From Camelus ferus (Eukaryota), in assembly GCF_009834535.1 (NCBI RefSeq), contig NC_045696.1, forward strand, positions 88,104,001 through 88,168,000: DNA of 64,000 bases, in the 5' to 3' direction. The first letter of the stretch is position 1; each line of letters opens with the position of its first letter. Shown here piece after piece: positions 1 to 12,402 of the stretch. The position numbers were made by a program, and so were the translations under genes. Under the pieces are notes generated by a model. That model saw only the letters and a program-made list of their open reading frames with translations. It did not search any database and was not told the origin of the DNA.

Positions 1-1569
1 GGAGAAATAGTGTTTACTTTGATTTGCTTTCCTTGCAAGTTTGCAGTATGCATTTCAACAAAGTTATCAACATCCAAGGCTATCTGTAGGTCACATGAAC
101 ACACTTAGAACATAACAGAAATTTAATAACACTCAGGTTGCTGAAAATGTCAAATAATAAGCAGCAGGTGTTAAAAAATTTAATAGGAATTCAGGGAAAT
201 ATATGTTATTTTTATAGAATAATTTAGTGCAACAATGTCCTCCAGAATTCTATACCAAAAGACATAGCTGAAAAAAAGGAAAAGGTTTGACTAGCAATGA
301 AGGGAAAAGTTTAACAAGGTGGTGTTAAGGTAACTTCAAACAAGTAAAAGACATGGTGTCAAATACATTGACAGACAAAGTAATAGCAAGAAACCACCAA
401 GGTTAAAGCAAGTTCAACCATACTGTTGATAGGCTATCATTACAGTGGTTCCAAACACTTTGATTTGCAGCATCTTCGCTGAGCAAGTGAAAGATGACAG
501 ATCAAAGCCATGGTACAGAAAGATGCCGTTTCACTCTGACTCAGACCTTCAGCGGCATACCTCACTTTTAATCTCTTGGCCTGCAATTGGCAGTGAAGAT
601 CAAGGCATCTTTCTTTGCTTCTACTGGTTCAACAGCACAGTCCCCTTTAAAATAACCATAGTATTTCACCAGCAGGCAGCCAGATCACGAGGCTGTCAAC
701 AAATCCCCGTTTCCTCACAGTAAAGAGTTTTCTAAATACTTTGGATTAAGTGTGCTTGGAATCAGGACACAGTATGTCTTAAATTCTGAAAAACACACCA
801 GTGACTTATAAGCTTCGTGAGATTTGCCAAGTTACATCTGTCAAGGACCCACCTCAGAGCTCTGGCAGGACTTCAAGGACTTCACATCTATAATTTGAAA
901 ACATATCAGCTGTATTGCTCTGTGTATCCTTCTGGTAACATAAGGACGAAAATCAAGTCTCCTTAGGCTGGACTTAAAATTATTCTAGGGAGTCTAACTC
1001 TTTCAAAAACTTAAAAACTCTTTATACAAAACATCAACAGAAACAGTAATAATGTATATTCTGTATTAAAAAGGTATGGGAAACAGAACACCAAACCTTA
1101 AGGAAAACATACAAAAATAGTTAAATTGATTTGATCACATAAAAGTTAGAAAGAACGCATGTCAAAAAAAACAAAAAACAAAAAAAAAACACCACCACCC
1201 TAGAAAGGCAAAAGATAAGCTGGGGGCATGGAACTTGCATATAATATACCCATCTACATGACTGATACATTTTCAGAGGATGAGAGAATTTACATAACTT
1301 TTCAAGTTTATCCAGCCAATGAATGGCATGGTTACTCAAATCTAGGTCTATCTGATCAAAAAGTCATCTGCTTAAACAAAGGAGGCTACAGAATAACAAG
1401 TCTAGTTATGTAAATAGATATTGGGACATTCATCTGTCTTTATACACCCAATTGTTAAGATTTTAAAAGAACTTTAAATCTCTATGACATATATTTCTGA
1501 ATTGTTTGATTGCTTTTAAATTGGTACACATTATTTTTATAAACAACATTCCTATGTTGAAATAATGTC

Positions 1570-1680
1570 AATTAAAATAATGAGATACCATTTTTCATTT
1601 ATTGAATTTGTTTTCAAAATATATAACAACCAATTGGGCTGAAGGCTTGGGAAAACAGGCATGTTCATACATTACTTTGG
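1570..1680 (+). mobile_element. Old L1 (L1M/L1ME-type) ORF2 3' fragment
   Basis: attaaaataatgagataccattttt...ggaaaacaggcatgttcatacatt resembles the L1 ORF2 C-terminal region. Confidence 0.5.
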
Positions 1681-2344
1681 CATTTTATATGATTATGGAT
1701 GATTTCAATTTAGTATTTTCATTTCTAATTTTCTACTATAAACACATATTTATAATTTAATTTTTCAAATAAAGATATAGGAGAGACTATCAACTTAAAG
1801 TCAATCCAACAACAACGACAAAATAGATTCAAGTGCAAAACTAGGTAACAGCAGCTTTCTTTTCTTTTGGTTAAAAAATTACTGTTTCACTTGGGTAGGG
1901 TTATACCTTCTTTGATTTAGTTAAAAACTTGTGGTACCTCAGGTCTGCATGGCACTCCCAAGCCCGTTGTCTTCTTTCAGAGTATCAGAGGGAAACTGTC
2001 TCTGACTGATAGAGAAATTTTCACTTTTTGACTTACCACATCATTAGCACAGCAACCTGTACCTTCCCAGGACTTCCCCACCTAGAGTGGCATGTGAAGG
2101 TAGTCCACTAACATGCTGCCTCCTCCTAATGCTGATGCTGATGCCGGCTGTGAGAGCCACTGTTCTAAAGTGATGCTGAAGACCTATTTCCTTCCCACAC
2201 TAAAGCGTTCCTCCTCATTTGTCGTACCTGGCCCACAGACATGGTCAATAGGCAGTAGCTTTCTTCATTGTGGCAACCAGCTGACATTGCAGCTTGAGGT
2301 GACTTTACCCTCTATTGTGATAAGCTACCAGTGGTCTACATACC

Positions 2345-2500
2345 TGCTACTCCAACTGTGGTCCTGGGAGCAGGAACATTAGCACCATCTGCAAGCTTGT
2401 TAGAAATGCAGGGTTTTGGTTCCAACCCATACTACTGAACAGAACCTGCATTTTAATCAGATCCCTGGGTTAAATGAGCACACATTAAATTTGAAAGGCA
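2345..2500. mobile_element. MER5A-like hAT-Charlie MITE
   Basis: Diagnostic gcttgttagaaatgcag...aacctgcattttaatcagatccctggg...cacattaaatttgaaag. Confidence 0.75.
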
Positions 2501-2656
2501 TCTCACAACTCCCTTTCCACCTCAGGTCTTAGAACTTTAGTGTGTCAAGGAAGAATTCCTTTGCTGAGTACCCAGTGGTACTTCTAATATGGTGGACCTG
2601 TTTTGTTTGAGTTTGGTTTGGTTTGGTTTGGGTTTTGATTCATGTTAGCGTTGAGT

Positions 2657-2842
2657 AGGAGTCAGAAAATTTTGTATGGAAAAGGCCAGTGGGTAAATAT
2701 TTCAGGATTTATGGACCCACTAGTTTCAAACTACTCAACTCTGCAGCTATAGCAATAGCAAGAAAGTAGCCATAAACAATGCATTCTATAAAACTTTATT
2801 TACAAAAATTGGCTGGAGGCCAGATTGGCCAACAACTCCAGT
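2657..2842. mobile_element. MER58A-like hAT-Charlie MITE
   Basis: aaggccagtgggtaaatatttcagg...aactactcaactctgc...taaaactttatttacaaaaattggctggaggccagattggcc. Confidence 0.75.
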
Positions 2843-2971
2843 CTAGAGGTTACTCCTTTGTCAAACTATATATACTGGTAACACTTGGACTTAATGGTTT
2901 ACATACCAGCTAGGGATTAAAAGATGGTGGAATCCAGGCTGTTGACTTCCTGAGGGGCAGCATGGTATAAG

Positions 2972-3225
2972 ACAGTGGTTTTGAACATTCAAGTAAAATA
3001 ATTCTAGTCCTACCCTAGAGTCACTAAATCAAATTCTTGGGAAGGTAAGACCCAGAAATTCGTATTTTTTAAAAACCCCTGTTGTGATTTTCATGTGCAA
3101 CTGGAAACATCCAATTTTTGCCTTAACTGAGGGGTTTCCAGGCATGTTGAAATTTCCATGCCAAAACCAGGACAGTCCCAGACAAACTGAGCCAGTTGGT
3201 CAGCCCAGGAGTTGAGAAGCACTAG
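2972..3225. mobile_element. MER5-type MITE interrupted by a MER81-like (hAT-Blackjack) element at ~3108-3207
   Basis: cagtggttttgaac...ttgagaagcacta ends flank aactgaggggtttccagg...ggacagtcccagacaaactgagccagttggtcagccc. Confidence 0.55.
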
Positions 3226-3249
3226 TATGTAAAGAATGATCTGAAATTG

Positions 3250-3410
3250 CATTGCTTATAAAACTAGGTTCTTTCTTTTATGGCCTGGAGAAAGTTCGCT
3301 AATGTAACAAGCCTTTGTTTCCTCGCTTTTAAAAGGAAGAAATAACTGTCTAACGTGAAAAGGTTTAAGTGCATTGCACAAAACCTAACACACAGTAGAT
3401 GCTGAACAAA
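3250..3410 (+). mobile_element. MIR SINE fragment
   Basis: MIR core-like aagttcgctaat...gcctttgtttcctc...aaaaggaagaaataa and tail cctaacacacagtagatgct. Confidence 0.5.
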
Positions 3411-3559
3411 AAGTCTTTCACTGCCCTTTCTCTGACTGAATTCCTTTTAAATATAGTCAGAAGTCTTTAGGGCAACTTAAATCTAACTCTACTGTAGTAC
3501 AATCCTTAAAAAAAGAAAAAACTAAATTGCCAGTGAAGGCTTGAACATGATTTTTTTAA

Positions 3560-6500
3560 ATATAAAAGATATAAACCCACAGTGATAATGAGAACAGATG
3601 TGAAGAGATAGCAGACAAGAATTTTCAGTGGAATGGAAGAGTAGGAACTAATACAGTGCAGTACAAAAAGCTACAACCTAAAGCACCTACAGGAGATACC
3701 TCTAAGAAGCAAGTCAATTTGCTTCTGAGAAAGTAGTACTGTGACACAGGGTACCCCAGAGGAGTGGAGAGACTAAGAGCTAAAATACAGGATTGGTTGA
3801 CAACTGTATGTGGAGCAGACAGACTTCCAGTGTCCCTCTCCATCACATGGGGTTGGATAACACCCCCATATAGGTTGGCTTATACAACCCAGTCCACCTC
3901 AGACACGAGATTGCAGCTTTATACTCAGGAGAAATAAAAGGGAAGGAGTTTGAGACTTAAGGATAATCAGGTACAGTAAAGGACAAAATGAAACAGGAGA
4001 TTGAAAAGAAGTCTGCTTATGAATCATGGAAACCCCCATTCCCCTTTTGCTTCCCCAAAATCCTGTAGCCAGGCTATTCCTCCCATGAAAGAAATTGAAA
4101 GGTCCTTTTCTGGAGAAAAGAAATGGTCTTAAAGAAAATATATCTTTCTACATTGACAATTAGGAGTCCCCAAGTAAAGTAAGTTGGTTCTCTGAAGAGC
4201 ACCTTGCCAAGAAGGCACACCCCTCAAATACTCAAGCAATAGCATTCCACTCTCTGGAGGCTCACTCTTAAATATGAAAGGACAGCCAAAAAAGGATCAC
4301 TAATAATTGAGGAAAGACACCAAAATGAAAGGTATAAGCAAACAGTAAAAAGGATCCATGAAGACAAAATAGACAATGAGTGAATAAAAGCTCTAAACAT
4401 AAGTAGGATATATTAAAAGAGAAAAAAAAAGAAAAGTACAATACAAAAAAATGAGAAAAGAATGTTTAAAAGAAAATTTTAAATGTCAGAAGGAACTCTC
4501 GAGGATTAAAATGATGACAGCAAAAAATTCATAAATAAAACAATACAAAATTTAAGAAACTGCTCAGGAATCAAATGCCCAGAAATTATCCAGAAAACAA
4601 AGTAAGTCACACCTACATACACAGACATAAAGTTTTTTAAAGAGGGGAAATGATAAGTCACAGAGAGCCAATCAAAGAAGCTAACACTGAATTAATACTT
4701 GTAAGAAAGAAAAAAAAATATTAGAAGAGTGAAAATTATGGAGGAAATACAAAATTTCCCACAACTACAAGTTGCAAGTCTCTAGATGGAAAGGCCAGGA
4801 AGTTCTACCTACAAGAAGAATAGATATCAAGTTCCATCACTCTAAAGTTTCCAGGCATTGGAGATAAAGACATGATCCTAAAAGCTTCCAGAGGTACATT
4901 TAACTAGAATTAGAATGTAATCAGATTTCCCAACAGACAACACTAGATGCTAAAATACTAATTCCATACTCAGCAAATTATCTCTCAAAAATGAAAGCAA
5001 AATAATAATGCTTTCAGATATATGAAAGCTGAAAGAATTCATTCCTAGTAAACTTAATTACAAAAATCATTAAAGAAATTCCTTCATGGAAGAGGGAAAT
5101 GATAATAAATGGTAATCTGGACCCATGCTAAAGAATGAAGAACACAGGAAATGTTAACTTTCTGGGTAAGTATACAAGCCTTAATCTTATTATTTAAATC
5201 TCTTGTAAAGGTAATCAAGCATTAAACAAAAGGAATAACAATGCATGGTGGAGTTTATAATAAACTAACAGCGAATATACAACAATAGCACAAAGGTCAG
5301 AGAGTGAGAAATGGAAGGACATGATTGTAAGGATCTTCTACTATACATAAGGTGGTATATTATCACTGGACATTAGACTGTAATATACTGTAAACCTTAA
5401 AGTAAGAACTAAAATAACAAAAATTTTAGCAGTTAATAAAGTCAAAAAAGAGGATAAATTAGAATCATGAAAAATCCTCAATTAAATCTAAAGAAGTAAT
5501 AAAAAGAGGAAAGAGGCACCAAAGAACAAATAAAACAATAGAAAATAAATTATGAGATGATAGATTTAAATCTAATCATACGAATAATCACATTAAATAT
5601 ATATATCACCAATTAAAAGTCAGAGATTGCCATATTGGTTAAATAAAGTAAGACTTAATTTATGCTGCCTATAGGAAATACACCTTAAGATCAATAAAAT
5701 TCATAAACCTCTAGCCAGACCAATCAGTAAAAAAGGAGATAAGACACAAATTGCCAATATCAGTAATGAGGGAGGTGACATCACTATAAATTATACAGAT
5801 AGTAAAATAATAACAATGGAATATTATGAATAACTTTATGTAAGTACATTTTAAAACTTAAATGAAATGGAAAAATTCTTTGAATGACATAAACTATTAA
5901 AGATCACCAAGAAGAACTAGATAATATCAGTACCAAATCAATTAAGGAAATTTAATTTCTAATGAAAATTTTTCTCATAAAGACAGCTCCAGATCCAGAT
6001 TGCTTCACTGGTGAAATAATAAACTTGGAGACATATGGAAGGAAAAAATCTAATTCTGTACAAAATTTTCTAGAAAATTGAAAAGAAGATAATATTTTCT
6101 AATTCATTCCATGAAGCCAGCATTACCCTGATCCCAAAACCTAACAGAGATATTACAAGAAAAAAAAAATGCAGGTCAATATCTCTCATGAAAATAGATG
6201 CAAAAATTCTAAACAAAAGTTTAGAAAATTAAATCAACACTACATGAAAAGGACAAATTCATTAAGACCAAGTGATGTGTAGCCCCAGAGTACAAGGCTG
6301 GTTTAGCATTTTTAAACCAAATGTTGCATTTCATCATACTAAAGAACCAAAAAGAAAAACTCTATTATAATTTCAATAGACACTAAGAAAGCATTTTATA
6401 AAATCCAACGTCCATTCCTCATAATAGCTCTAGCATACTAGGAATAGAAGGGCAGTTCCTCAGTCTGACAAAGGATGTCTGTGAAAAACCTATCACTACC

Positions 6501-7760
6501 AAACCTAATGATGACTGAAGGTTCCACCTGTAAGCTTAGAAACAACACAACACAAGGATATTCACTCTCTTTACATCAATTCAATATACTAGCTCTTCTA
6601 GACAGTGCAATAAGGTAAGAAAGGGAGATAAAAGGCATCTAGATTGGAAATTAAGAAAAACTGAATGCTTTTATTCACAGACAATATTAATCATCTCTGT
6701 GTAAAAGTTAATGAAATCTACAAAAATGCTCTTATAACAAATGAGCTTAGCAAGTTGCAAGATGCCAGGAAATCAATTGTATTTCTATATACCAGCAGCA
6801 AACAATTAGAAATTGAAATTTTAAAACAATATCATTTAAATAGCATTAGAGAGAAATCTAGCAAAAAAATGTGTAAGGCATCTATACTGAAAACTACAAA
6901 AAAATACTTAGAGAAATTAAAGGAGACATCATTAATGGAGAGACATACCTTGTCCAGGGATTGGAAGACTTAATATTGTTAAGGTGTCAACACTTCTTAA
7001 AATGATCTATAGATTTAATGCGATCCGAAACAAAATTCTGGCTAGTTTTGGTTTGTTGTTTTTTTAAGAAGTTGACAATTTTTAGCTGATTCTAAAATTT
7101 ATATGGTAATGCAACAGGGGACTTGGACAAAAAATTATTGATAGGTTTATAATACCACAGTATCACATAACTACAGAGTGAATGATGCCACTTGGAATTA
7201 TCCAACTCTATGGTTTTAATGAGAAATCTGACAAAAATTTAAAATGAAGGACAACCAAGGAATAAATTAGATAATTGCTAACTACAGGAAAAGAAATGTG
7301 TAAAAGTGTTAATTACAGGAAAAGCAAAAAGTGGTCTAAGAAATGAAATATAATCATAAGATACTATGTGGCTTTCAGAGAATAACATTTGCAGAGTTAA
7401 GTTAATACAAATGATTATTGTTTTATTATGATGTAACTCTATCAGGAGAAGGGCAGAGGTTTGGAAGAGTGATGTAGAAGAGCTAAATGCTCACCTAACA
7501 TGATAAAAAGTCAAAAGACAGACTCTAGAATTGACAAATCAAGAAACGACAATATAAGCATATTATTCTTTAAAGTTACATGCTGGGGGGGAAAGCTGCT
7601 AAACATTCAAAACTGCAATGGCTGGGAATTGAAAGTTGGCGGAAGGGTGGAGAGAGCAGCAGGGGCAGCTGCTGTTGCTACTTTAAACTTTAGAAGCCTC
7701 TTGGTCCTTAGAAAAAAATGTTTTTAACCTTTGTATGTATTATACTGATAAAAATTAAAA
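3560..7760 (+). mobile_element. Old degenerate LINE-1 (L1M-type): 5' region, ORF1 remnant, internally deleted ORF2
   Basis: A-rich; ORF2 RT motifs readable at 6122-6220 ([26 protein letters not shown]) and in ORF 6665-6973 (LFTDN for LFADD, KSIVFLYTS); many stops and frameshifts; endonuclease region jumps at ~5687. Confidence 0.85.
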
Positions 7761-8286
7761 CAAAGGAATATTTACCTCCTCCCTCCCCCCAAAAAGAAGA
7801 TACACGCCCTTAGCTTCTTCAATGCTTCAGGTAGAGTTCTAGCTGTCATCTCATTTCCTGACCCAGATCTTGCTTCAAAATCCGCATGACTCATCAAGTG
7901 GACACACCACATACAATGAAATTTATCCTCACACTCCCTGTTTATTCTCAAATCGGAGCACTCATGGTACCAACTCCATTGCTTGTCTATTTAAAAACTG
8001 GCTGTAGGTTTATGTAAATAAATAATGACTATAAAATGGTTGTAATGACTTTGAGAGTGTTCTGGAGAGATTTGGCAGGAATCAAAATCAGTGATTCATT
8101 TTTTCAACTGTATTAAAATCAGACCAAATTGTTTTTCACAGAGTAAGTAAAGAGTTACCCTCCTTACTGAAAAAAAAAGAAAGAAAAAAGAACAAAGGAA
8201 GTGAGTTGTGGGAGGGAGGCAGATAGAAATGAGGAAGGGAAAGAAAATAGAAGAACAAAAGAAATGTCACTTGCTTCCCCCTTTTT

Positions 8287-8423
8287 AATTTTCTTAAATT
8301 AAAATATAGTCGATTTACAATGTTAATTTCTGGTGCACAGCACGGTCATTCATTTATATAATATACACAGATATTCCTTTTCATATTCTTTTTCATTATA
8401 GACCATTAAGGCATTAAACATAG
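8287..8423 (-). mobile_element. 5'-truncated camelid-type L1 3' end
   Basis: Reverse complement of the 3'UTR at 30640-30790; near-identical flanking repeat tgct(t)cccc(c)ttttta. Confidence 0.8.
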
Positions 8424-8729
8424 TGCTCCCCTTTTTATACCAAGTTTCATAGAAATAAAGACTGTGAGAGTAAAACAAGAGGCCGCATCCCTCACACCCA
8501 CTCACCACTGTCTTGGGCTAGTCACCTGGAACTGTCACCCTCTGAAGAGGGAGACTCCAGCCACAAATCAAGACAAGCCGGGACTCAACCAGATGAGCCT
8601 CTGCTGGGGACCAACTGTTTGCAGCCTTTGAAATGGCTTCACATCTAATCTCCCATTTAAGCTGAGAAATAATTACTGAATAATTAAAAGTTTAAAAGTA
8701 GTCATTACAGCTAGCATTAATTAAAAGTA

Positions 8730-9020
8730 GCATTTATTCATTTATTCCACAAATGAGCACTGAGTTCTTATTAGGTGCTACGCTTTGTTCTAAGTGCTAG
8801 GGATCTGGCAGTCAGCCGGACAGGTGAGAGCCCTGTCCTAGAGGAGTTTCACGTAACAGTGGGAGGGGTCCAATGATAAAAAATAAATCAATAGAAAATA
8901 TGCCAAGTGCAAAGAAGTGCTATGAATAATAAAGCAGCTTGAGTAAACAGAAAGTTGGAATAGAATTGCTCTATTTTATATGAGATAATCAAGGGAGGCC
9001 TTTCTGACAAGAAGGCATTT
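8730..9020 (-). mobile_element. L2 3' end (probably resumes ~9540-9770)
   Basis: catttattcatttattccacaaat...actgagttcttattaggtgct...gttctaagtgctagggat L2 tail signature. Confidence 0.7.
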
Positions 9021-9036
9021 GAATAGCAACTTACTC

Positions 9037-9291
9037 TTGAGATGTGCAAAGGTTATCCACTATATATTAAAATAGATAAAAAGCAAATTTCTTCTGTATA
9101 GCACAGGGAACTATATTCAATGTCTTGTAATTACCTTTAATGAAAAAGAATATGAGGGCAAATGCATGTGTATAGATGCATGACTGGGACATTGTGCTGT
9201 ACACCAGAAATTGACACACTGTAACTAACTATAATTGAATTGTTTTAAGTAAAAAAAAAAAAAAAAAAAAAAAACTTTAAATAAATAAAAA
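9037..9291 (+). mobile_element. 5'-truncated camelid-type L1 3' end with poly(A)
   Basis: ctgtatagcacagggaactatattcaa 3'UTR motif; A-tail; 17-bp TSD tgaatagcaact(t/c)actc at 9020-9036 and 9292-9308. Confidence 0.9.
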
Positions 9292-9309
9292 TGAATAGCA
9301 ACTCACTCA

Positions 9310-9530
9310 ATTCGGATCAATCCTAGCCCAGACATACTTGCTTCCATCTTAAAACTACCAGATGACTAACTCCAGCCCTGAAAGCCATACAAGTACCCTT
9401 CCCCACATCCCCCTTTTGAGAAGCCCCTAAGGTTTTGTCAGGGTGAGGCTCTCCCGTGCTTAGTAAGTTTAATAAACCCACTCTGCATAATCAGCAAGTT
9501 TCCCTGGGGGTCTCTGTACGGGAGCTCTGG
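9310..9530 (+). mobile_element. ERV-type LTR fragment
   Basis: LTR R/U5-like layout: cccccttttgaga...taagtttaataaaccc (poly(A) signal)...gggggtctc. Confidence 0.4.
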
Positions 9531-10349
9531 CAAGGAAGAGTTTTTAGCATAAAGATGGTATGTAATACAACAGGACTGGATGAGAGCACCTGAAAATCAG
9601 GGCAGATAAAGATAGTACAAGGTCCAAGGAGGGAGTCTGGGGAAGTTCACCATTTCAAGTCCATCCCAAAGATAAGCAGGAACCAGCAAAGGAGATCGAA
9701 AAGCATTGTCAGGGAGGTCGAATGAGAAACGATAGAGGGTGTGCCCCAGAAGCTTAAAAGTGTTTTTAATCATGACTCTTAAAATGGAATCGGCTATAAA
9801 AATTTAACAAGAATTGATTTGAATACCAATAGACTGGCTGAATTGAGAGTAGAAGATTGTTTCCAGAAGTCAATAGGAGACATAAAATAAGTAAAAGTTC
9901 AGTCAGATACCTTTGACCCGTGGTCCTTGACACATAGAAATGGTCTGAGGGAATTTATCCAAATAGTTAATTCTAAACAAAGGGATAAAACACAGAAATA
10001 TCTCCTGAATCAAAAAGGGCTTGAGGCTATGGTTCTCAACCCTCTCTTCCTCCTCTTGTGATTAACTATTTTCTCAGCTTCTACACATTCCTCTTCTTCA
10101 ACCTTATTCATCTTTCTCTTTAATCAATCTTCCTTCTCCTCAGCATGATCTATTTCCATTCCCTTTATGAAGCTGTCAGTGATAGAGTCAAATTTAAAAC
10201 AGGCAGGCACAAAGCAAAGAGACAAACATAAAACCAAAGGAAGCTCTTAAAAGACGAAAGCCTCAAACCAAAAGGACCTCTTCATGCATAGAGAGGACTT
10301 GTTCAGCACGAATCTTTTAGTCATATGTGGGTAAGAGAGAGGAAAATCA

Positions 10350-10510
10350 TACAATGTTAGAATTGGAAGAGATCACCTAGTTCAAAGACACCCATGACAT
10401 TTTAGAAATGAAGAAAGTAAATCACAGATAGATTAACCAAGTTGCCTAAGTCATCGAGCTCACTGGAGATTGATGTGGAATAAGCCTGCCTCCCAGTCTA
10501 CTGCTTTTCT
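10350..10510 (-). mobile_element. MIR-family SINE fragment
   Basis: aatgttagaattggaagagatc...cattttagaaatgaagaaa...gttgcctaagtca. Confidence 0.55.
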
Positions 10511-11819
10511 CTCTCAACTGGTAAGATCAGAAGTATTCATTTCAAATTAAATGAGCAATAGCACACCTTCTCCAGTCCTTGGAAGTGAAATTCATTTTCT
10601 CATATAAACCAAAAAGACATGCTGAAGTGTTTCAGTCTACTTCAATGTTTTCATCATCGTCCATGGCTCAGTTCTTTTCCATTCTAAGGACAGGAAGCAT
10701 CACTGACTCATGTCAGTAGTTTCAGCATGTGAAAAGGATGCTGAAGGAACATAGGTCATTGTTTGAAAATCCAAGCAAAAAAAAAAAAAAAATCAAGGAA
10801 TAGAACTACCAGATTAGTAGCTAGTTATTAGCAAGATGTTTCAGTGGGTTAGAGTCCTTCATCCACTTTTGGGTCATAGGCAAGACTTAGGTTTTTGATT
10901 TTTTCCCCCCAAGTCTAGAAAACTTTTTTTCAAGTATAACTCTAGGATAAAATTTTGTACAAATCAGAATGAATATGCCAAAATGTACATATTTAGATAG
11001 TCTTTTATAACAAGATTTCTTTTTCTAACCAGGTCCAAACTTGATAACATATCTGTAATATTTTTCAGTTCCTAAGTAACATTTCCTGGTTTGTCTTTGA
11101 GTTAATTTTTCCTAGATTCTTAAACCTTGAGAATCCTCGTATTTCCCTTATTTTAATTTTTATCACATTCCAGATCCCTTTCTATTTAATCTTTGTAAAG
11201 CCATAAAAGGGGGAATTTAGGCTTAACTTAAATATGAGATTAAGTAATATGATTATCTCTTTTATAATCTAGATTGTTCTTTAAAAGGATATAACTTTAA
11301 ATCCCATGATAATTACATAAGTATCTTTGGAATTAGCAGTCAAGACAATAAAACAAAGAGAAAGAAATTCTTTTAATTAAAAAAATTTTTTAAATATATT
11401 TTTTAAATTAAAAAAAAAAACAAACAAGATGGAGCCAAGAATAAAGTTAGTACACAAAGTGCATGTAGTAAAATTTATCTACTCACACATTTGGCTCTGA
11501 GCTTCCTATATTAGCCGAAGAGAAAGAATAGGTACAAGTTGTCACACACTTCACAGTGTCCAGACAAAGAAAACCACACAGCTGTATCTATGCATTCAGG
11601 TTTCTAGTACTGAGACCAGAAAAAAATACTGTTGTTTTTTTTCAGGTTATCCTGAAGAGAGGCTACATCATACATGCACAAAATCATCAGCACACTTACA
11701 ATAACTAAACCCAAAAGTTTCATAGGGTTGTTTGCTCTGTTGTCCCTTAAGTACAAAGTAACACAATATAGACAACCATGTAGAAGAGCGTGGGGGAGAC
11801 AGGCAAGACCCTTGCATTC

Positions 11820-12070
11820 TTCCCTCGCTCACACCTCACAGATATCAACAGTCACAACATCCTATAAATTCCACTTTGCTAATTCTCTAACTGGCCACTC
11901 TCCTAGTTTCATGCTTACTGTCTCTCACCTGATTTATTACACAGCTTCCTAATTGTCCTCTCCACCTCTAATTTCTCACTTTTCCCATCCACCTGAAATT
12001 CAGCTTCCGGATAGATTTTTCTGAAGCCACATTCTGGTCATGCCACTCCTTTCCTGAAAAACCATTTTCC
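11820..12070 (+). mobile_element. L2 fragment
   Basis: tctctcacctgatttattacacagcttcctaattg...tctggtcatgccactcct. Confidence 0.6.
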
Positions 12071-12106
12071 ATCAAAAAAAAAAAAAGCTTAATTTACTGG
12101 TTTGTT

Positions 12107-12402
12107 CCAGAAATATACTCACGGACATAGAAAACAAACAGTGGTTACCAGCAGAAAAAGGCAAGGGAAGGGATAGGTTACCAGTTTGGGATTAACAGAT
12201 ACACAGTACTATATACAAAATAGATAAACAACAAGGACCTGCTGTATAGCACAGGGAACTACATTCAATTACTTGTAATGAGCTGTAATGGAAAAGAAAT
12301 TGAATATATATGTATGTATATGTATAACTGAATCACTTTGCTGTACACCTGAAACTAACATGGTAAATTGACTGCACTTCAATAAAAAATAAGAATTTTT
12401 AA
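12107..12402 (+). mobile_element. 5'-truncated camelid-type L1 3' end
   Basis: actcacggacatagaaaacaaa...ctgtatagcacagggaactac...cttcaataaaaaat; 16-bp TSD aat(t/g)tactggtttgtt at 12091-12106 and 12403-12418. Confidence 0.9.

Noticed and set aside
561..731. Possible minus-strand exon with donor GAG|gtatgc
   Set aside because: Weak acceptor and stops in all frames.
10638..10683. Possible minus-strand terminal exon (acceptor cttcctgtccttag, peptide WKRTEPWTMMKTLK-stop)
   Set aside because: Too short, not recognised, and no upstream coding exons found in the window.
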